Origin: Dehalococcoidia bacterium
GTDB lineage: Bacteria > Chloroflexota > Dehalococcoidia > Lucifugimonadales > UBA2962
DNA length: 64,000 nt
Direction of reading: 5' to 3'
Assembly: GCA_965250195.1 (NCBI GenBank)
Contig: OZ252295.1
Span: forward strand, 654,269-718,268
The notes beneath the pieces were generated by a model, which worked only from the letters and a program-made list of their open reading frames with translations, searched no databases and was not told the DNA's origin. A program made the translations under genes and the position numbers. Of the stretch, positions 47,791-59,461 are shown piece after piece; the stretch's first letter is position 1, and every line of letters begins with the position of its first letter.

Positions 47791-49673
47791 ATGAGCAAAT
47801 TCCAACTATCTGTCTGGCAAATCCTAGCTATCACTCTCGTCATCGCTGCGATCGCAGCGGCAGGAGTATCAGCGTTCTTGCTTTCCCGATCGGATGGCGT
47901 TGCACAGGTGGCCGCCCCGACCACAGTGGCGGTGAGCAGCGGCGACGTGACGCTCTCCATAGCCGCACCGGGCAGGGTGGCCGCCACCCGCACCGAGACG
48001 CTCGCAGCGCCGGTGGCCGGGCGGCTGGCCTCGCTCAACGTCCGACCGGGCAGCGTCGTGCAGGCCGGTGACGTCATCGCCACCGTTGACACCGAAGACC
48101 TGGAGCGGGCCGTCGATAGCGCCGAGACGCGCCTCGCCGTTGCGACCATCGACTGGGCAGACGCACTTGATGGTGCAGAACATGACCTGGCGATTTCCGA
48201 GAGCGCGCTGGCCGACTACATGGCGGGCCTCCCACTGGCGCTGGCCTCGGCCGAGGCCGACGTGGCTTCGGCTCTCGTTGCGGTCGATGACGCCAACCGG
48301 GCCCGGCCCGGACCGACTGACGAAGGGATGGCCGAAGCGCGAGAACAGGTCGACCTGGCTGAGGCCGCGCTTGAGGCCACCGGACGCGACATCGAATTAC
48401 AGGAGGCCCGGTCGGTCGAGTCTCTTGCCATAGCGACCGAAGCGCGAGACGCCGCAGCGGTCGAGTATTTGAAAACCTTCGAACGCTGGTTGGGCATCTC
48501 TGAACTGCCACAACCAGTCGAGCCGGACGTCTTGCTCGCCCTGTGGGGCGTTGACCTGGTCGCACTGTTCGACGGTCCTGACACAGGACTTACGCCTTCA
48601 TTCGGCTACGACGACCCTGACACCGCCTGGGACGAGTGGACCGTACACGTCTGGAACAACGTCTTCGTCGGAGACGTGGCCGCCGACTGCAATAACGCTG
48701 ACACGACAGAGGGCGCACTCTGTGTGCGCCAAGAGTTCGACGCTGCCTGGCAGACTCTCCGCGCTGCTGCGCTCGCACTGATCGTCGCCACGGCCGAGTC
48801 AGAGGGGACCGGGGCCCGCGCCGACGGCATGTGGATCGCCGCCCGGCGAGATGTCACCAACGCCGTGCAGGCCCTGACGAACCTGGAAGCCCTGTTCGAG
48901 CCGGACCGGGTGCGAGAGCGTGAGGCCGCCGTTTCCCAGGCCGAAGTCGGGCTGGTTGAAGCCCGCGAGTATCTGGCCGCACTTTCGGCGCTCGACGCGG
49001 ACGGCTCGGCGCTGCCGATGACGGGCGAAGCAAAGGCGTTGCGACGAGGAGTGCTGCAAAACCGCGCGACCGTAGAAGCCCTGGAGCGAGGCGTCGACCC
49101 GTCCCTCGCGCTCGACGTGGACCAGGCCCAGTCCAACATGGCACGCGCTGTGCTGCGCGCACCGTTTGACGGCGTTGTTGTCGAAATTATGGCCGAGGCG
49201 GGCGACGTGCTCTTCCCCGGGACACCCGTCGCCCGACTAACCGATCCGACCGCCATAGAGATACGCACCACCGTTATCGAGGAGGACCTGCCGTTCGTGC
49301 AGGTCGGCCAGATCGCCGTTGTGTTCTTCGACGCCGAACCGGACGCCGCGGTCCTCGGCACCGTGGCCCGCATCGTCCCGACGAGAGTTGACGGACAGGA
49401 CAGGCCTCTCTACCACGTTTACGTCGCCACCAACGGCGTCCCCGAGTCGGTACTGCCGGGCATGACCGCCGACACATCCCTCGTCGTCGTCGCCAGCGTG
49501 GATGTGCTGCGACTGCCCAGGTCACTCGTGAGGGGACCCAGCGGCGGCGCGGCGGTTCTCAAGGTCTGGGACGGCGTCGCGAGCACTGAAAGAGTCGTAG
49601 AGGTGGGACTCAAGGGCGACGTGAACGTCGAGATCGTCAGCGGCCTCTTCGAAGGCGACCGGGTGATCGCAGA

Positions 49674-49677
<4 letters not shown>
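47791..49677 (+). CDS. HlyD/MacA-type periplasmic adaptor (membrane fusion protein), unusually long
   Basis: N-terminal TM helix. Lipoyl-like halves [28 protein letters not shown] and [27 protein letters not shown] are separated by about 330 aa. The ORF-track start is TTG 47773. Confidence 0.75.
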
Positions 49678-50386
<709 letters not shown>

Positions 50387-50387
<1 letters not shown>

Positions 50388-51679
50388 TGTCCCCTCTAGA
50401 AACCCTCATGACCGCCCTGCGGGGCCTCAACGGCAACAAACTGCGGGCCGCGCTGACCACGCTGGGCATCATCATCGGCGTCACCTCGGTAATCACCGTG
50501 CTGGCGCTGGGGAACGGTGCCAGGGCGGCGGTGGAAGAGAATTTCCGATTCCTCGGCTCGGACAACATCCGCATCACCTCCCGCAACAAGCTCGACAACG
50601 ACGAACTCGTGCCTGCGGGCCAAATCCTGTCCTACGAAGATGGGCTCTTGCTCCCGACTGAGGCGCCACTGGTTTTCAGGGTAGCGATGTCGGTGGGCGG
50701 CTCGGCCCGGGTGCGCCATGAGCGGACCGTACTGGACATGGGCATAAGCGGGGTTACGGCCGAGGCGCTGGACCTGCTGGCGATACAGGGCACCGTGCAG
50801 CCGGTGGACTGGTCGGGCAACGGTCTGCTGTTCGGGAGTCACCTGCTGGACAGCGGCCGATTTTTCACCCCGGTAGAGGTGCTGGCCGGTGCCGACATCT
50901 GCGTACTGGGCCACAAGACAGCGGCCGACCTGTTCGGCGGGGACGACCCGCTGGACCAGTCCATCTGGGTCAACAGGAGCCGATGCACCGTTGTCGGCGT
51001 GCTGGCCGAACTGGAGGCTACCGACCCGTCTCAGAGGCTTCGCAGTCGGCCCAACGAGGCGATTTATCTGCCCATCTCGACGGCGATTTCCAACCTGTTC
51101 GACGGCGAGCCCTCGGTGACTCTCACAGCACAAGTGACTGAAGAAAGCCGTATGGAAGAGGCCAAGACGCAGGTAATCGACTTTCTCCGTGACCGGCACG
51201 AGGTCGAACAGGGGCTGGACGGGAGCTTCGAGGACGACTTTGACCTGATGACCAGGCGTGACGTGCTGGGCGCCCAACAGGAGTCGGCCCGCACGTTCTC
51301 GCTCTTGCTCGCGGCCATGGCGGTGGTGTCGCTCATCGTCGGCGGAATCGGCGTGATGAACGTGATGCTGGTGACCGTCACCGAGCGCACCCGTGAGATC
51401 GGAGTTCGGCTGGCCGTCGGGGCAACTCCAACGGACGTGATCGCCCAGTTCCTGCTGGAGGCGGTCGTCATCAGCGCCATCGGCGGCCTGGCGGGCATCG
51501 GGCTCGGCATCCTGACGATCCCAACGGCGGCGGCGCTAAACGACGGTATCGCGGTGCTGGCGCCCGGCAGCATTCCCATCGCCTTCGCGGTCGCGGTGGC
51601 GACCGGCGTCATCTTCGGCATCTACCCGGCTATCAGGGCCTCACGGCTCGACCCCATCGAGGCCCTGCGCCACGACTGA
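50387..51679 (+). CDS. ABC transporter permease (MacB-type, FtsX domain with large periplasmic loop)
   Basis: N-terminus LRGLNGNKLRAALTTLGIIIGV. C-terminal FtsX motifs MNVMLVTVTERTREIGVRLAVGA...RASRLDPIEALRH. Confidence 0.9.
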
Positions 51680-51738
51680 TCGAGCCCAAACACCCACAAC
51701 ACCTGAAACAACTCACAAACGTACAAAGGAGAATCGAG

Positions 51739-52398
51739 ATGGAAACCAGGAAACTAGTTATCGGAATGGGCGCGATCATGGTGGTCGCCGCGCTGGTGGC
51801 GGTGTCGGTGACACTGGGGCTGCTGGCGGCCGGAGGCTCCGACTCGGACGGTGAGATCGTGTCGGCCGCCCCGTCAAATCAGGCCAGTCAGCAAGCCGAC
51901 TCGGGCGCTCGCAGGCCCGCGGGCCGGGTAATGGAGACCGTGATCGACGACGGTAACGGGCCGGTGGCTTCCAGGATAGAGATCCTGCCCTCACCCGACC
52001 TGCCCGTCCGTGAGTCCGAGACGTCCGGCATTTTCCTCCGGCAAATCGACAACTCGATATTCGTCGGCACCGGCGCCACCGAGCTCAACGTGCAGATCGA
52101 GCAGGCGGCCGACGGTTCGATCGTACCCAGCGTGAGCCTGAGTAGCAACGGTCCAGAGGTTGAAGTGGTCATCACCCACGACACGGTCTTGTACCAGGAC
52201 GTTACCGAGATCCCCGGCCAGGGTGGCGTACCGGGCAAAGCCGGTGATACCACCGTCACCCAAAAAGTCGAGTTGATCGACACTCTCGACGACCTCAAGG
52301 GCAACGCCGAACTCCAGGTGTGGGGCACCAGGCGTGCCGACCGGGTGGTGGCCGACATTCTCGTTTTCGGCATCGTCGATCCGAACCTCGGGTTTTAA
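51739..52398 (+). CDS. membrane-anchored or secreted hypothetical protein
   Basis: N-terminal TM/signal anchor (LVIGMGAIMVVAALVAVSVTLGLLAAGG), then a beta-rich-looking domain. No family is recognised. Confidence 0.5.
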   Translation: METRKLVIGMGAIMVVAALVAVSVTLGLLAAGGSDSDGEIVSAAPSNQASQQADSGARRPAGRVMETVIDDGNGPVASRIEILPSPDLPVRESETSGIFLRQIDNSIFVGTGATELNVQIEQAADGSIVPSVSLSSNGPEVEVVITHDTVLYQDVTEIPGQGGVPGKAGDTTVTQKVELIDTLDDLKGNAELQVWGTRRADRVVADILVFGIVDPNLGF

Positions 52399-52430
52399 GA
52401 GTCCCAGATCCCGAACACCGGCGCGCCCGT

Positions 52431-53831
52431 TCACTCGTCCAGGTGAGGCGCCCCGAGGCGGTCGAGTTCGGCCCTCATCTCAGCAAGTTCGCCCGCGGGG
52501 GGCTCGTGCCCCCCGTAAAACGCGGCATTGAAAGCCTCGGTCGATATGCCGGCAAGGTCGCCGGGCACGAGTCGAGCCAACTCTTTTCGGTACTCGCCCG
52601 GCGTCGACGACCGGGGCCTGTCGCCACCCCGAGCACCGGCGTGCAGCAAGAGTCTGTAGTAGGCGCGCATGGCCGCCACGACGCCGGGCGGACCGGACGG
52701 CAGCTCGATCCGGGCTCCGGCTCGGCGACGACGGAGCGCGGAGGGCAGCAGGCCGAAGAGCATGTTGGCTGCGTCCAAAAATGGGTCGGATTCCCCGAGC
52801 ACGGACTCCCGGATCGCGTCAACCTGTTGGGGGCGTCTGCGGCGGCGGCGGCGCAGGGCGCGGGCGACTATGTACAGGACGATGGCGACAACAACGGCCA
52901 ACAACGTCCACTCCAGCGCGATGACGTAAAGCGGGGTGGGACCGGCCTCGCGCTGTAAGAACTGCTCCCCGAACGATTCTCCGAGGGGGGTTAACTCCCG
53001 GCCCGGCTCGTCGCCGGAAAGCAGACCTAGGAACAGGCTGACGACTCCGGTTATCACCCATGCCACCGGGACGATGAACACGAAAAACAGGACCGTGCCC
53101 ATCCAGCCGAGTACCTCGCTGACCGGTGCCCGGACTGTTTCCAGGAACTCTTTGCGCACGAGGCTGAATGCAAACCCGACAGCCAGCACCCCAACGACCG
53201 TGGCTCCGACTACTCGGAGCCAGATCGCGGCCCCCTTTTCCCCTCCCGCTCCCCGGCCCAGCCTCGATATCCCGAGTCCCGCCAGGGTGCCGGCGAAAAA
53301 GACGAACAGCGCGCCGAAGGTGCTGAGCGCCTCTTCCGAGACCGCGTCCACCAGCACGGCGATAGCCATGAGCAACATGCCGAACTTGTAGCTCCGGTTC
53401 AGTGACTCTGAGGGCTCTTCAGCCGAGCCCAGTACGCCGCCGCGCCACCACAGCAGTAAGGCTGCGAAGGCTCCCACCGTGGCAGAGAAATTGGCGCCCT
53501 CGACCTCGGAGCCGCCGGAGGCGAACCGGGGCCATGCCAGGTCCCAAAACGCCTCTGACCCGGCGACCTGAGTGCTTATCGTCAAGTAAATGGCTGTCGC
53601 CCCGGCGGCGATCTGAAGGACGTACGGCGCCAGCCCTCCGACCGGCAGCCCCGAGAGCACGCGAGTGGTTAGCGCCCCGGCGGCCATCAACGCGAGCACG
53701 GCCAGCCACCCGAGCGGACTGCCGTGCGTTCCCATGCCCACGCCGATGATGCCCAGCAGTGCGAACAGCCATGCGCTCTCCGCCGCCACCAGTGAGGCGA
53801 TTACCGCCCGGTCGCGAGAAGCGGTGCTCAT
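52431..53831 (-). CDS. polytopic membrane protein with C-terminal DUF4129-like domain
   Basis: About 8 TM helices and an RRRRRRR stop-transfer sequence, followed by MRAYYRLLLHAGARGGDRPRSSTPGEYRKEL... typical of DUF4129. It is the last gene of the MoxR-DUF58 triad. Confidence 0.65.
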   Translation of the reverse strand: MSTASRDRAVIASLVAAESAWLFALLGIIGVGMGTHGSPLGWLAVLALMAAGALTTRVLSGLPVGGLAPYVLQIAAGATAIYLTISTQVAGSEAFWDLAWPRFASGGSEVEGANFSATVGAFAALLLWWRGGVLGSAEEPSESLNRSYKFGMLLMAIAVLVDAVSEEALSTFGALFVFFAGTLAGLGISRLGRGAGGEKGAAIWLRVVGATVVGVLAVGFAFSLVRKEFLETVRAPVSEVLGWMGTVLFFVFIVPVAWVITGVVSLFLGLLSGDEPGRELTPLGESFGEQFLQREAGPTPLYVIALEWTLLAVVVAIVLYIVARALRRRRRRRPQQVDAIRESVLGESDPFLDAANMLFGLLPSALRRRRAGARIELPSGPPGVVAAMRAYYRLLLHAGARGGDRPRSSTPGEYRKELARLVPGDLAGISTEAFNAAFYGGHEPPAGELAEMRAELDRLGAPHLDE

Positions 53832-55060
53832 GCCCCGGACCCGGACCGTTCGTCGAACGCCGCCATGTGTGTGCCGATGTCGTGCAGCACGACGCCCGCC
53901 GGGACAACGGGCGCCGGGGCTTCGCCGACGTAGACCAGCGACACCGGGTGGGCCCGGGCCCGGAGCCTGCCCAGGACATCGATTAGCTCATCCGAGTAAT
54001 GGGCCACCACCAACAACACGGTGGCGCCGTGCGGCAGGGTGGTCATCTTCTCTTCCAAATGCGCCGCCATATTCGCCAGCGAGATGGCCTGCAACGTCGC
54101 CAGTGTCTCGAGCACCGCCTTTAGCTGCGGCTGGCTGCGCGACGGCCGTAGCTCCGCCGGACGGTCCGTAACCATGGGAACGCCGTTGGAGAGCAGGCCC
54201 AGCGAGTAGCCCTGTTCCACGCAATACGAGGCAAGAGATGCGCCCGCCGTTATCGCCCTCTCCAGGTGAATTGGCGAATACCCCTGCCAGTAGTGAGGGG
54301 TCGTCTCCACCGACACCGCCAGCACGACAGTTACGTTGGCGCTGGGGTCGAAGGTGCGCACCCTGAGCCTCTGGCTCCGGGCGGTCGCCTTCCAGTCGAT
54401 GGTGTTGAGGGGGTCGCCGGGGACGTAGTCCCTGGGCGCCGCCGGCCGAGACGGGTCCTGGAAGATGCGTGAGCCACCCCTCACCTCCCCCAGTGGCCGA
54501 CCGCCAGGTATGCCAATGTCCGGGAGCGGCACAACGCGGGGGTAGACGAGTACCCCGTCCCTGGCTTCCACTCGCATGCGGGAGTCGAACAGGCCGAACA
54601 TGTCCCCCGAGTCGACCTGCGCCGGACCCAATCTGAAGTAGCCGCGCCGGTTGAATTTTACCGAGTAGTTCCAGCGGATCCGCTCGTACCAGCCAACGGA
54701 GGTTCGGTGCTCCAGCGTGGACGAGTTTGGGCTGGCGCTGTGAGTCACTCTCGCACCTTCTACCGTCACGGCGTCGGGGATGGCGTCCTCGGTTCTCACC
54801 CAGGCCAGGGGGACCGGCTTTCGGTTGGTGAGCACCACCGACATAGGCACGCTCTCACCTATGAACACGCGCCGCTTGGGCAAGATGCGCTCGTACGTGA
54901 CGTGGTCGAGTGAGACCCGGCCCCACAGGTAGCTGATGCCGGTCATGAGCAGGCCCATGGCACCGAAGGCGATGACGATGCTCTGCCCGGCGAAGACGCC
55001 GATGATGATCAGGACGACAAAGAGCCCGGTCCACAGCTCCTGCCACAGTTGGGACAGCAA
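53828..55060 (-). CDS. DUF58 domain protein (vWA-like)
   Basis: Two N-terminal TM helices. Motif FQDPSRPAAPRDYVPGDPLNTIDWKATARSQRLRVRTFD is the DUF58 signature. The stop overlaps the next gene's start. Confidence 0.8.
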   Translation of the reverse strand: MLSQLWQELWTGLFVVLIIIGVFAGQSIVIAFGAMGLLMTGISYLWGRVSLDHVTYERILPKRRVFIGESVPMSVVLTNRKPVPLAWVRTEDAIPDAVTVEGARVTHSASPNSSTLEHRTSVGWYERIRWNYSVKFNRRGYFRLGPAQVDSGDMFGLFDSRMRVEARDGVLVYPRVVPLPDIGIPGGRPLGEVRGGSRIFQDPSRPAAPRDYVPGDPLNTIDWKATARSQRLRVRTFDPSANVTVVLAVSVETTPHYWQGYSPIHLERAITAGASLASYCVEQGYSLGLLSNGVPMVTDRPAELRPSRSQPQLKAVLETLATLQAISLANMAAHLEEKMTTLPHGATVLLVVAHYSDELIDVLGRLRARAHPVSLVYVGEAPAPVVPAGVVLHDIGTHMAAFDERSGSGA

Positions 55061-55065
55061 GTGCT

Positions 55066-56046
55066 CTAGTCGGCGAGGTTGCAGGGCGTCGGCGGGTCGC
55101 GCTCTATTGGCACGGGCACGGCGGCGAGCACCTCGGCGACGATGTCCGACCCGACGACGCCGCGCAGCCGAGAGCCCCCGCCCATGATCATGCGATGGCC
55201 CAGCACCGGCGAAGCGAGCGCCTTGACGTCGTCGGGCAGCACGTAGTCTCGACCGACAACGGCCGCTCTCGCCTGTGCGGTCTTGTAAAGGGCCAGTCCG
55301 GCCCGGGGGCTGGCGCCCAGCTCGACACCGTCGTGGTCGCGTGTAGCCCGCACCACCTCAGCGACGTAAGCCCGCACGAGTTCATCGACGCGTACGCCCG
55401 GCACGGCGGCGCGGGCCTGGCCAATGGCTGCGGCGTCCGTGACGGGAGCTAAAGTCGGTGCCCCAGAGGGATCGTCAAATCGCAGGAAGATGTCGAGTTC
55501 TTCGTCTTTCGTCGGATACCCCAACTCGACACGGACCATGAACCGGTCCAACTGTGCTTCAGGAAGGGGGAAGGTGCCCTCCAGCTCGATGGGGTTCTGG
55601 GTGGCCAGCACGAGAAACGGGTCGGGCAGCGGCATGGTGTCGCCGTCGATGGTGGCCTGTTGTTCTTGCATCGCCTCCAGCAACGCCGATTGTGTTCGGG
55701 GAGTCGCCCGGTTTATCTCGTCGGCCAACAGCACCTGACTGAACACCGGCCCGGCCCTGAACTGGAAATCGCCGGTCTTCTGGTTGAAGAAGTTGACGCC
55801 GAGGACATCGGAGGGCATGAGGTCGGAGGTGAATTGGATGCGCTTGAAGGTGCAGCCCAGCGAGTCGGCCAGCGCACGGGCGAGGGTCGTCTTGCCGATA
55901 CCGGGTACGTCCTCGATGAGCACGTGTCCACCGCACAGCAGGGCTATGAGGGCGAGTTCGATGGCCTCGCCTTTGCCCACGACCACCCGCTGGACGTTTT
56001 CTCGAACGGATTTTACGAGGGTCTGTATTTGCCCGACATCTGCCAT
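55066..56046 (-). CDS. MoxR-family AAA+ ATPase
   Basis: HVLIEDVPGIGKTTLARALA (Walker A), LLADEINRATPRTQSALLEAMQE (Walker B/sensor) and the LATQNPIE motif. Confidence 0.9.
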   Translation of the reverse strand: MADVGQIQTLVKSVRENVQRVVVGKGEAIELALIALLCGGHVLIEDVPGIGKTTLARALADSLGCTFKRIQFTSDLMPSDVLGVNFFNQKTGDFQFRAGPVFSQVLLADEINRATPRTQSALLEAMQEQQATIDGDTMPLPDPFLVLATQNPIELEGTFPLPEAQLDRFMVRVELGYPTKDEELDIFLRFDDPSGAPTLAPVTDAAAIGQARAAVPGVRVDELVRAYVAEVVRATRDHDGVELGASPRAGLALYKTAQARAAVVGRDYVLPDDVKALASPVLGHRMIMGGGSRLRGVVGSDIVAEVLAAVPVPIERDPPTPCNLAD

Positions 56047-56059
56047 TGCGTTGGCCGCT

Positions 56060-57544
56060 TTACCCGTTTACCTGCGCCTGGCCGAGCCCGGCCGCGTGGG
56101 CACCGCCCAGTCGGCCGAATACGGAACCGTGCATCAACCCCGCCGCGCGCAGGCTGCCGTGGTAAAAGATGCCGCCGACAATTTCGCCGGCCGCATACAG
56201 GCCAGCAATGGGGCGGTCTTCCATGTCCAACACCCTGGCGTCGGCGTCGATCCTCAGGCCACCGTAGGTGTAGGTGATGCCGCCGGTGACCCGGTAGGCG
56301 AAGAAGGGCGGACGGTCGATGCGGATAGCCCAGTTGGTCTTGGGCGGAGTGAGCGTTTTGGTGGATCTGCCGTCCAGCAGCCGGGGCGCGTAGTCGCCTT
56401 CGTGCGCCTCGGCGTTATAGGCATCGATGGTGGCTCTGAGCACGCCCGCGTTTACGTCGATGGCCTCGGCCAATCCTTCGATAGTGTCTGACTGGGCGGG
56501 GGTCGAACCGCCGTAACGAGGCTCAAGAAGGGGGGCGGAGCGGGCGTCAAAGAGCTGGTAGGCGATGCTGCGCTCCTGCTCCAATACGGCCTCCCCTACC
56601 CTTACGAAGGTCTGCTCGGCAAAGGACGCGCCCTCGTCGATGAAGCGCAGACCACCAACATTGACCATTATTCCGAGGGGATAGGAGCGCCTGGGCATGG
56701 CGTCGGTTATGGGCAGCTCTCCGGTCACCGGCGCGTCCACGTCGATAGGCGTGCCGTGACAGCCGGTCCACTGCCCCGCCGGAGCCGCCCCCGCGTCGAG
56801 CGCCGCCCGGTGCCCATCGCCGGTGTTGTAACGCGAGCCCCGAACCCTGGCCTTTTCCCAGTGGCCACCAAGGTACTTGACCCGCATCTCGGGGTTGGCC
56901 TCGAAGCCTCCGCAGGCGAGCACGACGGCTTTTGCCCGGATGGCGTGCCTGCCATCGCCGTCCTGTACTATGAGGCCTGTGACCTCACCGCGCTCACCCA
57001 GCGTTAGCTCGACCATCTTGGTTTCGAACAGGACCTGGACGCCCGCCCTCACGGCAGACCTCGTGAGCATCTCGACCAGGCCGGGGCCCGAGCCGTGAGC
57101 GGCCAGGCCCACCTGGTTGGGAATGACCGAGGGGGCGTTCTCCAGATTGGGATTTATGTATAGCTCCCAGACGACGCCCCGAGAGTGCATCCAGTCCACG
57201 GTGGGACGGGACTGGGCGATCACGACCTCGGCCAACTCTGCGCTGGTGTCGCCATGAGTAGCCTCGCCGAAGTGCCGCCGAAAGTCGTCAGCGGTGTACG
57301 GGTCCATAGAGGCGCGGCCGACGTCGGCGTCGGGAGGGAGCAGGTTTTCTCGCAGATCGGCCAGCCCCTCGTGGGTGAAGCGGAATCCGCCGCCGGTGAA
57401 GGGGCAGTTCCCGCCCTGGGCAGAGGCGGGGGCCTTTTCCAATACAACGACACTCGCGCCAGCTTCCCGGGCGGACAGCGCGGCGCACAGGGCGGCGTTA
57501 CCGGCGCCGACCACGATAACGTCGAAGTAGATTTCTTCGGTCAT
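56060..57544 (-). CDS. FAD-binding dehydrogenase (TcuA / fumarate-reductase-flavoprotein-like)
   Basis: DVIVVGAGNAALCAALSAREAGASVVVLEK dinucleotide fold, GGNCPFTGGGFRF, and C-terminal GLYAAGEIVGGIFYH. Confidence 0.8.
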   Translation of the reverse strand: MTEEIYFDVIVVGAGNAALCAALSAREAGASVVVLEKAPASAQGGNCPFTGGGFRFTHEGLADLRENLLPPDADVGRASMDPYTADDFRRHFGEATHGDTSAELAEVVIAQSRPTVDWMHSRGVVWELYINPNLENAPSVIPNQVGLAAHGSGPGLVEMLTRSAVRAGVQVLFETKMVELTLGERGEVTGLIVQDGDGRHAIRAKAVVLACGGFEANPEMRVKYLGGHWEKARVRGSRYNTGDGHRAALDAGAAPAGQWTGCHGTPIDVDAPVTGELPITDAMPRRSYPLGIMVNVGGLRFIDEGASFAEQTFVRVGEAVLEQERSIAYQLFDARSAPLLEPRYGGSTPAQSDTIEGLAEAIDVNAGVLRATIDAYNAEAHEGDYAPRLLDGRSTKTLTPPKTNWAIRIDRPPFFAYRVTGGITYTYGGLRIDADARVLDMEDRPIAGLYAAGEIVGGIFYHGSLRAAGLMHGSVFGRLGGAHAAGLGQAQVNG

Positions 57545-57681
57545 TCAGACACCCCTGTCATGCAAAAACCCCTGGCATTTAGGCGACCGTGGCGCTCGGG
57601 CACCCGTCGCAGGGTCGGCCAAGTATAATGCGTGGTCAGCCGTTGAGTGCCTACCCTCTAAGTGCCCACGAGGTAGCGATC

Positions 57682-58068
57682 GTGACCAGGCCAAACAAAC
57701 TTAAGACCGCAATCTTTCTGTTTACCGTCGCCACGGTCGCCTGCTCGATAAGGTCGAAGAAGTCCCACGGTCGCTTTCTCGGCGTGCCCTTCGACTGGCG
57801 AGTGCCTTCCCTAAACAAGGTCAGGCAGAAGCTGTGGAACCCGACTGATGATCGGCTCTTCACCCCGACGACCTTCGGAATTGGCTGGGTGCCGAACGCT
57901 CATCAGTTGCTCCAGCGCCTGGGCTATCTGGGGGGAGGTCCTCGATCCGCTCCGGCTATCGACGACGCGTCCGATGACGCCCCCAGTCGCGGCGACGGGG
58001 GCCCCGATGCCCCCGATGACGAAGACGAGGACGGGCCCCATAGCGGAGAGGGCGAGCGGCTGACCTGA
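57682..58068 (+). CDS. small membrane protein (DUF5808-like FGIGW motif) with acidic tail
   Basis: GTG 57682 lies 8 nt after GAGG. It has the TM helix KTAIFLFTVATVACSI, then LFTPTTFGIGWVPN. The longer track ORF (57589) is less likely. Confidence 0.45.
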   Translation: MTRPNKLKTAIFLFTVATVACSIRSKKSHGRFLGVPFDWRVPSLNKVRQKLWNPTDDRLFTPTTFGIGWVPNAHQLLQRLGYLGGGPRSAPAIDDASDDAPSRGDGGPDAPDDEDEDGPHSGEGERLT

Positions 58069-58122
58069 GGCTCCGTATTTTTTGGGGCTCTCTAGTCCAC
58101 GGCTCTCTTGGGCCCCAGACTT

Positions 58123-58193
58123 TGCCCGGTGGTGTAGTGGTAGCACAGGGGCCTTTGGAGCCTCTAACCCAGGTTCGAATCCTGGCCGGGCAG
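58123..58193 (+). tRNA. tRNA-Gln (anticodon UUG)
   Basis: Hand-folded cloverleaf: acceptor TGCCCGG/CCGGGCA (U1-A72, G73), D arm GTGT-AGTGGTA-GCAC, anticodon arm GGGGC-CTTTGGA-GCCTC, and T arm CCAGG-TTCGAAT-CCTGG. CCA is not encoded directly after G73. Confidence 0.85.
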
Positions 58194-58222
58194 CACCAAA
58201 ATTCATTAACGAAGCCGAGGCG

Positions 58223-59461
58223 ATGCCAAACAACATCTATAAATTTCTGAACCCGGTACACGCACCGTCGATTGGCACTGGACGCCGGTTGCCCTCGGCC
58301 ATCGCGGCTCTGGTCGCCTTGTCCCTGGTCGTCCTGGCACTGGCGGCCTGCAGCAGCTCGCCCGCCACCGACTCGATTTCTACGAATGAAGAGGGCGCTG
58401 GAGGTGATGTAGCAGGCGGGTCGGTAGCCTCATCTGGACCCGTTGGAAAATTTGTCCTTACCGGCGAGATGGGCAATGACCGCCAGTACCACGGCGCGGT
58501 CAAGCTGTCCGACGGCCGGGTCCTGGCCGTGGGCGGCCGGGGTAAGGGCGTCAGCGAATGGCCCATAGTGCACCAGACCGCCGAGATCTACGACCCCGCC
58601 ACGGGCAGGTGGACGAGCACGGGCAGCACGCTTGAGGACCGCCAGTTCCCGACTATTGCGCTGTTGCCCGATGGCAAAGTGTTGGTCGCCGGGGGCAACG
58701 ACAACCGGCTCGTCCCCCACAAGACCTCTGAGTTGTGGGATCCGGCGACGGGCGAATGGACCATGACCGGCAAGATGCTCAAGCACCGGGAACTGGGGGC
58801 ATCGGTCGTTCTGCTCGACGGTCGCATCATAGTCACGGGCGGCAAGTCCAAGACCTTCCAGCAGCAGGCCCACGCCGAGATCTACGACCCGGTGTCTGGC
58901 GAGTGGACCCTGACGAGCGAGATGAGCATCGGTCGGGCCCTGCACACCGCCACGCTCCTATCAGACGGGCGCATCCTCGTTACCGGAGGCGGAAAAGTGG
59001 ACGGCCCTTACTACGAGACGGCCGAACTTTACGACCCGGCGACGGATAGCTGGTCGGGCGCCAGGGAAATGGGCACAGGCAGGGCTCTGCATACCGCAAC
59101 ATTGCTGTCCGACGGCCGGGTGCTGGTAGCCGGGGGAGTTGGCAAACGGTCGTCGGCGGACGTATACGACCCGGCGACCAACTCGTGGTCCGACGCAGGG
59201 GAGATGTCGATATCCCGTGCTGAACACACCGCCACTTTGTTGACGGACGGCCGGGTGCTCATAGCAGGGGGAGTGGGCAAGCGCCAATCGGCCGAACTGT
59301 ACGACTCGGTCACCAACTCCTGGCAGTCGGCCGGGGACATGAACTTCGACCGGTACCGGTATACGGCGAACCTGCTCGACGACGGACGGGTGCTGCTGGT
59401 GGGCGGTCAGAGCGCCATCGCCGTGACCGTCCTGGCCGAGACGGAACTGTACACGCCGTAG
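58223..59461 (+). CDS. Kelch-repeat beta-propeller lipoprotein (7 blades)
   Basis: ATG 58223 follows GAGG. Lipobox LALAACSSS. Seven repeats of the type E(L/I)YDPATxxWxxxxxMxxxRxxHTATLLxDGRVLVxGG. The track ORF start (58082) overlaps the tRNA. Confidence 0.85.
   Translation: MPNNIYKFLNPVHAPSIGTGRRLPSAIAALVALSLVVLALAACSSSPATDSISTNEEGAGGDVAGGSVASSGPVGKFVLTGEMGNDRQYHGAVKLSDGRVLAVGGRGKGVSEWPIVHQTAEIYDPATGRWTSTGSTLEDRQFPTIALLPDGKVLVAGGNDNRLVPHKTSELWDPATGEWTMTGKMLKHRELGASVVLLDGRIIVTGGKSKTFQQQAHAEIYDPVSGEWTLTSEMSIGRALHTATLLSDGRILVTGGGKVDGPYYETAELYDPATDSWSGAREMGTGRALHTATLLSDGRVLVAGGVGKRSSADVYDPATNSWSDAGEMSISRAEHTATLLTDGRVLIAGGVGKRQSAELYDSVTNSWQSAGDMNFDRYRYTANLLDDGRVLLVGGQSAIAVTVLAETELYTP

Noticed and set aside
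58123-58193. Alternative reading of the tRNA as tRNA-Pro (TGG)
   Set aside because: Shifting the anticodon loop by one nucleotide breaks the 5-bp anticodon stem (C-C mismatch) and removes U33. The UUG register gives a clean stem and U1-A72/G73, typical of tRNA-Gln.
58082-58222. N-terminal 47 codons of the 459-aa ORF
   Set aside because: This part overlaps the tRNA-Gln gene on the same strand. The Kelch lipoprotein has a good SD plus ATG at 58223, followed directly by a lipoprotein signal.
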